Source of the DNA: Candidatus Latescibacterota bacterium
GTDB lineage: Bacteria > Latescibacterota > UBA2968 > GCA-2709665
DNA length: 64,000 bases
Direction of reading: 5' to 3'
Assembly (NCBI GenBank): GCA_963667175.2
Contig: CAXXXF010000002.1
Location: 128,001-192,000 of the forward strand
Shown here piece after piece: positions 9,668-18,365 of this stretch (within the stretch, counting starts at the first letter, position 1; each line of letters starts with the position of its first letter). A program made the translations under genes and the position numbers. The notes below the pieces were generated by a model that saw only the letters and a program-made list of their open reading frames with translations, ran no database searches and was not told where the DNA came from.

Positions 9668-11995
9668 TCAAAAGTCCTTCAGCAGCCCCGCCCGGTCCGC
9701 GTAGTCGAAGAATCGGAGCAGATCGCGCCAGATGACGCTGATGGAATCGCCCGTGGCGCGGATGACCTCGTACCCGAATCTCGTCTTGTCGAAATGTCCC
9801 ACGGACGGGAAGGTGGATATCATGTTCATTTCGATGTCCCGCAGGCCGGCGTGAACGTATTTCTCGTCGCCCGTGATTTCCCACCCGTAGCCGATGCTCT
9901 CCCGCAGGGCTGAGAAACCGATATAGCTCATCGGTGTCTCGTTACCGGGCATGGACAGATAGAGCCCTTCCGGCGTGCGGACGTCTTCGCTTGCCAGGAA
10001 GTCGCATATCCTCAGGAAAGAGTCCCTGCTCAGGGGATTCCCGAAGGTCTGGTAGTGGTATGCCAGACCGGTTGCGGCGATGCTGCCCATCACCGCCTGC
10101 TGGTAGGGGATCGGTCCCCATCCGCCGCTGCAGCCGCCGTTGGGTTCCAGCGGGTCCGGTCCCTCCGAAAAGGACGCCGCAATCGTCTCCGCGGCCTCGG
10201 CGTACCGCTTTTCCCCGATTGCCCGGTACACGCTGCACAGCGCGATCAACGGCCACCCCCGGTCCCTTGCGCCGCGCCGTCCGTCGCCCGCCGCCACCTT
10301 CCTGCAGATCAGATCCGCCACGCCGCGCGCGGCTTCCAGCGCCGGAGCATACCCGCAATAATAGTAGTACGATAGAAACCCCTCCGCCCACATGTGGGAG
10401 AGGTGGCAGTTGGGCTTCCCGTCCGCCCCGACGTGAAAGGCGCCATGGGAGGTCCATCCGCCCTGCTCGTCGAAATGATCGTCGAAATGGATGACGTCCA
10501 GGTCCATCACGTGCCGGATCGCGGATTCGAAGGCGTCGAGATAGAGATAATTGCCGGTGCGTACAAGCTGGAGGTACACGGTCTGGCCGAAGTCGTGCTC
10601 GCAGTTGGCCATGAAATCCACGCGTCCCCAGGATGCGCTCATCAGCTGCTCGTAGTCGCCGTAGTCCATCATCCCCAGGCGCCGGTCGTATCCCAGGAAT
10701 TGCTCGAATTCCAGGCGGAACTTCTGCTCGATACCCTTGTATTTCTCCGGTTGATAGCGGAACACGGGCCCGATCGCTCCGGAATCGATAAACCAGTCCG
10801 GAGAGGAGAAAACGACGGGAAACTGGTACGCGAAGTGCCAGTCCGCCAGCCGTGCCCGGGCGGCCCCGCCGGTGTACGCCCGCAGCTTGACCTGATGCGA
10901 CTTGGCCTGTCCCTGGAAAATCGCAAGCGGCCCCGCCGCCTCGGGCCAGAGATCCAGAACGACTTTGCCGGCGTCCGCGGAGAAGCCCTTGGGCCACTGC
11001 TGCACGAATTTTCGAACCGAGGCCGCGACCCCGCCTTCGCTGTCCCCCGCGGAAACCCATCCGTGCGAACGGCCGACCGCTGTCTCGCCGTCGTACACGT
11101 CGGCGTCGATCATGGCGTCGTACATGGCCGTACGCGGGGCGTCGGTCAACAGGCCTCGAATCGGTCGATCCGACGTGATCAGGCCCTGGTTCCCAACCGT
11201 GGCAATGGGACAGGTTGCGAATTCGCCGGCGCCGCCGACGGCGTGTGCCACAACAAGCCGCACCGCCCGCAGCTGTCGCAGACGCGGACTTTCCAGGTCC
11301 ACGCTCGGGGTACCGATCCCCTGGGCGAGTTTCAGCCGTTCCGGAACGTCCCGGTAGGGCTCATCGTGGATGAACTGGTACTCCACCTCCAGGTCTTCCG
11401 CGCCGGCGAATACCGTAACCCGGAAAACGAGTGAAAACAGCTTCCGACCGGCCTCGTCACGGTGCGTGCCGTTCCTGCTGACCACCAGCATTCTTCCGGT
11501 GGATCTCTCAACGCGGGGTTCTCCGTCGAGCTGGCTCGTGAAAACGTCGCCCGTTTCGTCTTCGATCTCCGCGCTTAGCGTCCGGATACACGCCCTGCCT
11601 CTCCTGCCGCACTCGACCAGAAACGCCTGTCCGGAAGCAGGAAGGACAAATCGCAGAACACCGTTGTCGACCTCGATTCCCGTCTCTGTCTTCGAAATCG
11701 TAATCCGGGGATCCACGTCGGGTTCCAACGGGTCCTCGGCCCACGTCAGCGCATAATTCTTCCTTCCATTCCCGTCAAAGTCCACGGGAAACTGGAGCAA
11801 GACCCACTTCACGGACCCATCGGGCCATCGGGCCAGTTCATCCGTACCGAGAGGCAGCACGCGACCTGTCTCGTCCTTCAGGGTCAGCCTCCCGGAGTCC
11901 GTCAGGGCGCCCTCCGGGAACGGGATTCCCCTGCAGAGCCACTCTTCACGGCGCGGCGTCCGGATTTCATTCGCCAGCGTGATATCTACAGCCAT
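9668..11995 (-). CDS. YetA/PcRGLX-like (exo-rhamnogalacturonan lyase-like) protein: N-terminal beta barrel plus alpha/alpha toroid
   Basis: GIPFPEG...LARWPDGSVKW N-terminus, VRKFVQQWPK, GMMDYGDY, NCEHDFG, HLSHMWAEG and RDRGWPL. GGAAAGGA RBS before ATG 11995. Substrate is uncertain. Confidence 0.62.
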   Translation of the reverse strand: MAVDITLANEIRTPRREEWLCRGIPFPEGALTDSGRLTLKDETGRVLPLGTDELARWPDGSVKWVLLQFPVDFDGNGRKNYALTWAEDPLEPDVDPRITISKTETGIEVDNGVLRFVLPASGQAFLVECGRRGRACIRTLSAEIEDETGDVFTSQLDGEPRVERSTGRMLVVSRNGTHRDEAGRKLFSLVFRVTVFAGAEDLEVEYQFIHDEPYRDVPERLKLAQGIGTPSVDLESPRLRQLRAVRLVVAHAVGGAGEFATCPIATVGNQGLITSDRPIRGLLTDAPRTAMYDAMIDADVYDGETAVGRSHGWVSAGDSEGGVAASVRKFVQQWPKGFSADAGKVVLDLWPEAAGPLAIFQGQAKSHQVKLRAYTGGAARARLADWHFAYQFPVVFSSPDWFIDSGAIGPVFRYQPEKYKGIEQKFRLEFEQFLGYDRRLGMMDYGDYEQLMSASWGRVDFMANCEHDFGQTVYLQLVRTGNYLYLDAFESAIRHVMDLDVIHFDDHFDEQGGWTSHGAFHVGADGKPNCHLSHMWAEGFLSYYYYCGYAPALEAARGVADLICRKVAAGDGRRGARDRGWPLIALCSVYRAIGEKRYAEAAETIAASFSEGPDPLEPNGGCSGGWGPIPYQQAVMGSIAATGLAYHYQTFGNPLSRDSFLRICDFLASEDVRTPEGLYLSMPGNETPMSYIGFSALRESIGYGWEITGDEKYVHAGLRDIEMNMISTFPSVGHFDKTRFGYEVIRATGDSISVIWRDLLRFFDYADRAGLLKDF

Positions 11996-12271
11996 AAGAC
12001 GATCCTTTCCGTATCGATCAACGGTTTGTGCGCAGACGCGTCTCTCACGGCCGCCCCACAATTCGCAAGCCCTGATTGTGCTTGCATCCGGGGGTACCCT
12101 GGCCTACTTTTCGACGGGACGGCGGTTACGCACAGGTGCGCCGGTCTGCGAATGGCGGGAACGCCAGGACAAAAACGACGTCGCCGATCCAATATATGTT
12201 GCATGATTTTGGGTTTCAACACCTTTTCGCGATTCAGAAAACCGAACGACCACGCATTCGGAGGCGGGACG

Positions 12272-13231
12272 ATGCCGGAGCCGCTATTGCGGGTTGTGGA
12301 CCTGAAGATGCATTTCGACCAGGGCAGGGACGTGGTGAAAGCCGTGGACGGCGTCACGTTTCAGATCCACCGGAACCAGACCTTCGGCCTGGTCGGTGAA
12401 AGCGGCAGCGGAAAATCGACCCTCGCCCGCGCGGTCCTGCGGCTGCACGAGCCCACCGAGGGTCGGGTGTATTTCGAGGGACGCGACGTGTGCGCGCTCT
12501 CCGACAGGGAACTGCGCGCGCTTCGGCGGGAAATGCAGATTGTCTTTCAGGACCCCCTGTCGTCTCTGAACCCGATGATGAGCGTGGGCGCCATCGTGGG
12601 AGACGCCCTCGCGATTCACAGGGTGGGGACCAGGCGGGAGCGGGAGGAGGAAGTGGGCAGGCTGCTGGACCTGGTTGGCGTGGGGCGGCAGTTCGCCGAC
12701 GCGTTTCCGCACGAGTTCTCCGGCGGGCAGCAGCAGCGCGTCTCGATCGCCCGCGCGCTGGCGCTGAAACCGCAGTTCGTCATCTGCGACGAGCCGGTTT
12801 CCTCGCTGGATCTGTCCATCCAGGCGCAGATTCTGAACCTCCTGGAATCCCTGCAGGGACGTTTCGGCCTGGCGTACCTGTTCATTTCGCACGACCTGAA
12901 AGTCGTGGAGCGCCTCTCGGATATCGTGGGTGTCATGTACCTGGGGAGGCTGGTGGAGGTGGGGCCGACCGAAGCGCTGTACGGGAGGCCGCGCCATCCG
13001 TACACGCAGATTCTCCTGGCGTCGGCGCCGCGTCTCGAGCCTGGCGCGCGGACCGACCGCATCATCCTCGAAGGGGAAGTGCCCAGTCCCATCGATCCCC
13101 CGTCGGGCTGCGCGTTTCATCCACGCTGCCCGTACCGCATGGACCGGTGCAGTCAGGAGATCCCACGGCTGACGCAGGTCGAGCCGGGGCATCGGGCCGC
13201 TTGTTTTCTCACGGAAGGAGGAATCGGATGA
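12272..13231 (+). CDS. oppF: Peptide ABC transporter ATP-binding protein
   Basis: GESGSGKSTL, PHEFSGGQQQR, CDEPVSSLD, PRHPYT and GCAFHPRCP. GGAGG RBS before ATG 12272. Confidence 0.93.
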   Translation: MPEPLLRVVDLKMHFDQGRDVVKAVDGVTFQIHRNQTFGLVGESGSGKSTLARAVLRLHEPTEGRVYFEGRDVCALSDRELRALRREMQIVFQDPLSSLNPMMSVGAIVGDALAIHRVGTRREREEEVGRLLDLVGVGRQFADAFPHEFSGGQQQRVSIARALALKPQFVICDEPVSSLDLSIQAQILNLLESLQGRFGLAYLFISHDLKVVERLSDIVGVMYLGRLVEVGPTEALYGRPRHPYTQILLASAPRLEPGARTDRIILEGEVPSPIDPPSGCAFHPRCPYRMDRCSQEIPRLTQVEPGHRAACFLTEGGIG

Positions 13232-14505
13232 AACCTGAACGGGTCCGGGTGACCTATGCGCAGCCGGCGTCGCCGCGTTTCGACGTGGAGTTGATCACGG
13301 ATACGGCCGGGCATCTGCAGACCGGCGGCAGCGGCGCGAGTTGCTGGGGATACAACCAGTCCAATATCGTCCGCGCGGGAGAGGACGTCTACGCGCTGAG
13401 CTGGCGGGACGACATGACGCTTGTGGTCTTCCGCCGCGTCGGCGACGGGCGGTGGGAGGCCAGCGACCCCCTGCCTCCCGTGCCCCAGAACGGCAACCTG
13501 CTCGTGGACGGCGCCGGGCGGCTGCACGTGATTGCGGGCGCGAACGCCAGTTACCACGCCATCTTCGACCCGCCCGGGCAGGTGGAGAGGTTCGCCATAC
13601 AGGAATACGCGACGGCCGACAGCCGGTTCGGCGCGTCGATCGACGCCGCCGGCCGGATCTTCGTGGCCGGAGGGCTTCCAACGATGGCGTGGTACGTGCT
13701 TGATCCCGAAAACGACTATCGCCCGATGGTCTCGGGCAGCGTGGAACACGAACGGAACCGCGGGTATCACTTCGTCATCCTCAACGGCGCCGAGGCGCAC
13801 TCGATTTCCAGCGACGACTATTTCCTCGAGGGCGAACAGTTTCCCAACCAGACGATTAAACTCAGGGACGCCGAGACGGGAATGGTGAACATGGTTGAAA
13901 CGCCCCGCGGGATCTACCCCGTCCTGAAGGCTTATTATTACTACTGTCCGGACGTGTTCGGAGCGCCGGATGACTGGCGAATGACCGTAATCAGCGACGT
14001 GTCCGATACGTTCGACGGGCGCGCCCGGGGGACGACCGATCACCAGGACCTGATGTTGGATACGCGGGGGCGGGCGCACCTCACGTACTACGAAAACCGG
14101 CAGCCGGCCACCACGGTCTGGGCCGGACGGGGGCAGGATCCGGGGAACAGTCTTCTCTACCACGCGGTGGGGGACCCCGGCGGTCCGTTCGAACACTTCT
14201 GTATAGGCAACTTCAACGGGGGCCGGGTCTACCAGGCCCCGGACGGCCGGTTTCACTATTTCCTGACGCGCGGGGGCAGAGGCAACGCGGAGGGGGTCTG
14301 GTACGCGACGGGCGAAGACGGAGCGTGGGACCGGATCAGCGAACCGGTACAGCTGGAAATGCCGTCGCGGCTGTGGCACTTCTTTACCAACGCGACCCGA
14401 GCGGGCGGGACCCATACGCCCTTTGTGGACTGCTACTGGACGGGGCCTTCCGAGCAGAACAGCAACGAGGTCTACTACGGCCGGCTCACGCCGCCTGCGG
14501 GATGA
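13228..14505 (+). CDS. Hypothetical protein, probable beta-propeller (BNR/sialidase-like fold)
   Basis: ATGA overlap with the oppF stop and AGGAGG RBS. Recurrent 'VDGAGRLHV / IDAAGRIFV / LDTRGRAHL / APDGRFHY' blades; no signal peptide. Confidence 0.6.
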   Translation: MKPERVRVTYAQPASPRFDVELITDTAGHLQTGGSGASCWGYNQSNIVRAGEDVYALSWRDDMTLVVFRRVGDGRWEASDPLPPVPQNGNLLVDGAGRLHVIAGANASYHAIFDPPGQVERFAIQEYATADSRFGASIDAAGRIFVAGGLPTMAWYVLDPENDYRPMVSGSVEHERNRGYHFVILNGAEAHSISSDDYFLEGEQFPNQTIKLRDAETGMVNMVETPRGIYPVLKAYYYYCPDVFGAPDDWRMTVISDVSDTFDGRARGTTDHQDLMLDTRGRAHLTYYENRQPATTVWAGRGQDPGNSLLYHAVGDPGGPFEHFCIGNFNGGRVYQAPDGRFHYFLTRGGRGNAEGVWYATGEDGAWDRISEPVQLEMPSRLWHFFTNATRAGGTHTPFVDCYWTGPSEQNSNEVYYGRLTPPAG

Positions 14506-14553
14506 CTCCCGTCGACTCCGGAAACGGGCGCCGGCCTCCACCGACGAAGCCGT

Positions 14554-16281
14554 TCAGTTTTCTTCCAGGCGGGAGAGGGCCGCGGCGGCGTCCGCGTCCG
14601 ACGGGTCGATCGCCAGAACGCGCTTCAGCGCCCGCCGGGTCGCGTCGATCCGGCCGTCCCGCTGGTAGAGCGCGGCCAGCGACCTGTGCGCCGCGACGAG
14701 GTTTGCGTCCCGTCGAACCGCCTGCTCGAACGCGGCCGTCGCCTCCCGCCAGTGCCGCTGGCGTTCGTGCACCGCGCCGAGCGCGAGGAAGTAGCGCGGC
14801 GACGGGGATAGCCTCACGACCCGTTTCAGCGCCCTCTCGGCGGTTTCCAGGTCGCCGGTTTCCGCGGCCGCCACGGCCAGCCCGACGTGCGCGCCGATGA
14901 ACGCGCTGTCCCGCTCCACGGCCCGGCCGAACGCGTCCGCAGCTTCTCGCGCGCGTCCCCGGGCAGCGTAGATCCGCCCGAGGCGTTCGTGCAGTTCGGG
15001 GTCTTCAGGGCGCCGGAGAACCGCCCGTTCCAGCACGTCCAGCCTGTGCCCTTCTCTTGACAGCCGCTCGAATTCCTCCAGTTCCCGTCTTCCTTCTTCA
15101 GTCCGCCCCTGAAGCATACAGGCGCGTCCAAGGCCGTAACGGGCCCTGGCGTGATCCGGGTTGAGCGCGATTGCGCGGCGGAACGCCGCCTCGGCCTCGG
15201 CCGGGCGGCCGAGCTTGAGCAGCGCGTCGCCCAGGCCGAAGAGGGCGCTCGTGTGCGCCGGCGCGTACCGCACGGCCTCGCGGTACGCCTCGACCGCCCT
15301 TCGGTCCTCGCCAATCGCTGCAAATGCCGCGGCGAGGGTCGAACGCGCATCCGAGAAATCAGGCGTCAGACGGATTGCCCGCTGAAGCGCGGGAACGGCC
15401 TCCCGGGACCTTCCCAGAAGCAACAGCGCCCTGCCCAGCAGATAGGGCGCGTCCTGGTTCGAAGGGTCTGCCGTTTCAGCCCTCCGAAAGGCGTCGGCGG
15501 CGCGCGACGCGTTGCCCCTGGCGGCCTCAACGTCTCCAAGCCCCTGCCACGCGGTCGATGAGGCGGGATCGATGGCAACCGCGCGGCGATACGCTTCATG
15601 GGCTCTGTCCAGGCGGAGCAGGCGCTTGTAGTAGGCCGCCAGTTCCAGCCAGGCCGGCGCAAGTCCCGGTTCAAGGGATACCGACCGTCTCAGGGCAGCC
15701 TCCCCGATCTTGCCGTTGCCTCTCTTCAACGCGACCGCGCCCAGTCTGTACTGAAGCTCGGCGCTGTGGGGCGCCAGTTCCGCGGCGCGTTTGAACGCCT
15801 CGGCGGCCGCCGGAAGGTCCTTCCGGGCCACGGCGAGGAGTCCCAGGGCGCGGTGCGCGTCCGGAAGGTCGGGCGCCAGTTCCGCGGCGCGTCGGTACGC
15901 GTTTCCGGCCTCTGCAAGTGCTCCCATTTTCTGATACACCGCGCCCAGGACAACGTGGGTGTTCCGGTATTCAGGCTCCAGACGGGCCGCGCGTTTCAGC
16001 ATTTCGGCGGCGTCGCCCAGCCGGCCCATCTGGGCGTTCAGGATGCCGAAGTTGTGCCACACCTCCGCCGATTCAGGGGCCAGTTCGGCTGCCCTGGCCA
16101 TTTCACGTGAAGCTTCTCCCAGCCGGCCGGCGCCCGCGTGGACGAGACCCGCCTCGAGCGCCGCGCGCGCTTCGGGCGACATCCCGGTCGCGGCGCCTGA
16201 GCCGCCGTTCGCCAGCCAGGCTACGAAGAGGGCCGCCAGGAAGAAGGCGACCTTCCTCGCGCGCCTTCCATGCCGATCCAT
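14554..16281 (-). CDS. Tetratricopeptide repeat protein with N-terminal signal/anchor
   Basis: Many 34-aa repeats (A..LG......G....A...F.RA.EL.P). Hydrophobic N-terminal segment after basic residues; AAGAGG RBS before 16281. Confidence 0.88.
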   Translation of the reverse strand: MDRHGRRARKVAFFLAALFVAWLANGGSGAATGMSPEARAALEAGLVHAGAGRLGEASREMARAAELAPESAEVWHNFGILNAQMGRLGDAAEMLKRAARLEPEYRNTHVVLGAVYQKMGALAEAGNAYRRAAELAPDLPDAHRALGLLAVARKDLPAAAEAFKRAAELAPHSAELQYRLGAVALKRGNGKIGEAALRRSVSLEPGLAPAWLELAAYYKRLLRLDRAHEAYRRAVAIDPASSTAWQGLGDVEAARGNASRAADAFRRAETADPSNQDAPYLLGRALLLLGRSREAVPALQRAIRLTPDFSDARSTLAAAFAAIGEDRRAVEAYREAVRYAPAHTSALFGLGDALLKLGRPAEAEAAFRRAIALNPDHARARYGLGRACMLQGRTEEGRRELEEFERLSREGHRLDVLERAVLRRPEDPELHERLGRIYAARGRAREAADAFGRAVERDSAFIGAHVGLAVAAAETGDLETAERALKRVVRLSPSPRYFLALGAVHERQRHWREATAAFEQAVRRDANLVAAHRSLAALYQRDGRIDATRRALKRVLAIDPSDADAAAALSRLEEN

Positions 16282-16437
16282 CGGGACCGTCCTCTTGAGG
16301 GGGTTCATTCCGTCGGGTAGACCCGCGTTCGCGGAGCAGAAGATACTTTCGCGCACGGGACGCGCGCAACCGAAAAAGACGGGAAGGACCGTACTTCGCG
16401 CAACGAATTTTTCTCTTGGATTCGTATTTAGGTGGAG

Positions 16438-16465
16438 TTATATTCCTTATTTGAAGGGATATAAT
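16438..16465. promoter_or_regulatory. Candidate operator (11-bp inverted repeat) overlapping a TATAAT -10 box in the divergent intergenic region
   Basis: TTATATTCCTT-ATTTG-AAGGGATATAA (one mismatch) with TATAAT at 16460-16465, in an AT-rich patch of a GC-rich sequence. Confidence 0.55.
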
Positions 16466-16577
16466 TTCGCGCAGATTCGAATTTCGCCGGCCGGTCTGCT
16501 ATGGCCGATGCTTCCCTCGATTGCGCAGTCAGAACGATACTTTCATCGCCGCAGTGGGAAAAAGGAGGTTCGCTGTT

Positions 16578-17321
16578 ATGAGAGCAATTGGGAGATTCAG
16601 GACGTCGCTCAGCGCGGTCCTGGGCGTATCTCTGGTTTTCGGATTCGGCCTGACGCCCACGGCGAAGACAGAGGCGCAGGAGTTGCGCTACGCGCTCGGC
16701 GTCCACGGATCCATGTTGCGGCCGGCAGGTCCGCTCAAGGGCTGGTACAATATCTCGCCGGCTTTCATCGGTCAACTCACGTACCAGGTGTCAGATCGAA
16801 CGATGACGGAGGTCGAAGTCACGTACTCGCCGCTCTCAGACGCCGGTCTCTCCGACCGCCAGTTCACCTGGCACAACGGACTGGGGTCCGCGAGCGGTTC
16901 CCTGGTGAAGAGTCCCGGCGCCGAGGCGAATATGTGGATCGGCGGCATCGTGGTCAACGGTTTGCGTTCATTCAAGCCCGACCGGACGGGGCAGAGCGTT
17001 CCTTACGTCGCCGCCGGCATCGGGTTCCTGAGGTATACCCACGAAGTGTCGGGTCTGATCTGGCCGGGGCAGGTGGGCGAACAGATCCGGACGGACGCGC
17101 AGGGCATGGTGGAAACCACGGTGGACGAGGACGTGGCGCTCTCGATCAACACGGGGCTGGGCTTCTACCGCCGCACCTCCGACCAGTTCCTGGTGGACTT
17201 CAGGGTCCGCTGGAACGTATCGATGGGCGAATTGAGGCCCTACGAAGACTGGGACCTGAAGAAGACGTTTCCGATTTTCAGTTTCAACCTGATGGTCGGA
17301 ATCAAGTACTTCATGCGTTAG
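16578..17321 (+). CDS. Outer-membrane beta-barrel protein (8-stranded OmpA/OmpW-like)
   Basis: AGGAGG RBS, signal peptide ending AEA-Q, amphipathic strands, PYVAAGIG, and C-terminal FNLMVGIKYF aromatic signature. Confidence 0.75.
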   Translation: MRAIGRFRTSLSAVLGVSLVFGFGLTPTAKTEAQELRYALGVHGSMLRPAGPLKGWYNISPAFIGQLTYQVSDRTMTEVEVTYSPLSDAGLSDRQFTWHNGLGSASGSLVKSPGAEANMWIGGIVVNGLRSFKPDRTGQSVPYVAAGIGFLRYTHEVSGLIWPGQVGEQIRTDAQGMVETTVDEDVALSINTGLGFYRRTSDQFLVDFRVRWNVSMGELRPYEDWDLKKTFPIFSFNLMVGIKYFMR

Positions 17322-17349
17322 TGTTCTGTCTCGGAAATCAGTTGCCTGA

Positions 17350-17457
17350 ATTCGGCGGCAGAGTCACCCGGCTCGCAAGGCGCCGGAGCGCAGGCGACCT
17401 GCGAAAGGTCGGCGTGCGGGGGGAACGCAGCGAGACGGGATGAATCTGCCGCCGAAT
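17350..17457. repeat. About 108-bp element with 27-28-bp terminal inverted repeats (MITE/REP-like)
   Basis: ATTCGGCGGCAGAGTCACCCGGCTCGC ... GCGAGACGGGATGAATCTGCCGCCGAAT, with internal hairpin CGACCT-GCGAA-AGGTCG. Confidence 0.65.
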
Positions 17458-17486
17458 GGTGAGGTATTTTCGGGACAGGACACTGG

Positions 17487-18152
17487 ATGTACACCCGGCC
17501 CTCAGCGGTTGTTCTGCTCGTCGTCCTTGCGGTGTGCTGGGGAGCGGAGTCGCGGCCGAAACGCGTGTTTCAGGTCCCCAACGCCAACGCGGCCCGATGC
17601 CGCACCTGCCACGTCGACCGTGGCCGGACGACCACCAGACTGGACATACCGCTCTCGGAATCGACGCATGAAGCCGCCAACGAAGGCGACGAGATCTGCG
17701 CCAGCTGCCACGCGCACACTGGAGGAGGCGGTCCGCTGAATGCCTTCGGCGTGACCGTCAGGAAGGGGTTCCTGTCCGAGGCGGGATATTCCGGAAACGT
17801 GGTGTGGGGGCCGGGCCTCGCGCAGCTGGACTCGGACCGGGACGGATTCACGAACGGAATGGAACTCGGGGATCCGGCCGGCGCATGGCGTCCCGGCGAC
17901 CCGGCGCCCGGCAGGCTGCTTTCGCTCAGCAACCCCGGCGTCTTCAGCAGCGTTCCGGTGATATCGCGGAGCCGGTCGGACTTCAACGCGGACGGCAAGG
18001 TCGACTTTGCGGACTTCTCCAGCTTTGCCGCGGCATTCGGCGCGAGCCGCGGTGACGTTGAATTCAATCCGATATTCGACCTGAACGAAAACGGCGCCGT
18101 GGATTTTCAGGACTTTATTGCATTTGCCGGAGACTTCGGAGCAACCGAATGA
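17487..18152 (+). CDS. Secreted protein with two CxxCH motifs, temptin-like domain and C-terminal dockerin/EF-hand-like pair
   Basis: Signal peptide, CRTCH and CASCH, GGGGPLNAFG...LDSDRDGFTNGMELGDP, then DFNADGKVDFADF / DLNENGAVDFQDF. Confidence 0.72.
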   Translation: MYTRPSAVVLLVVLAVCWGAESRPKRVFQVPNANAARCRTCHVDRGRTTTRLDIPLSESTHEAANEGDEICASCHAHTGGGGPLNAFGVTVRKGFLSEAGYSGNVVWGPGLAQLDSDRDGFTNGMELGDPAGAWRPGDPAPGRLLSLSNPGVFSSVPVISRSRSDFNADGKVDFADFSSFAAAFGASRGDVEFNPIFDLNENGAVDFQDFIAFAGDFGATE

Positions 18153-18222
18153 ATCCGCCTCCGGACGCCTGAGCGAGATTGATTGAATCCGCGCTAACCG
18201 GTTTCACAACGGAGGACTGCCT

Positions 18223-18273
18223 ATGGAGAGGATCACGGCACGGGGGTACTTCGAAGGTTATATCGCACACTGA
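18223..18273 (+). CDS. Possible 16-aa upstream peptide (MERITARGYFEGYIAH)
   Basis: GGAGG at 18211-18215, 7 nt before ATG 18223, stop TGA 18271-18273. Only an RBS supports it. Confidence 0.3.
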   Translation: MERITARGYFEGYIAH

Positions 18274-18365
18274 GTTTTCCATCCACATTTCCGATCCGTC
18301 AGCGCAGGTGAACGGGCGTTGACCGGCGGGACGGTCGAAAGATTCTTCAGCCAAGGAGTTGGCGT

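Noticed and set aside
12490-13227. N-terminal extensions of ORFs 12490..14505, 4438..6729, 36353..38416 and 12026..13231
   Set aside because: They overlap upstream genes or intergenic DNA; internal starts have an RBS or stop/start overlaps.
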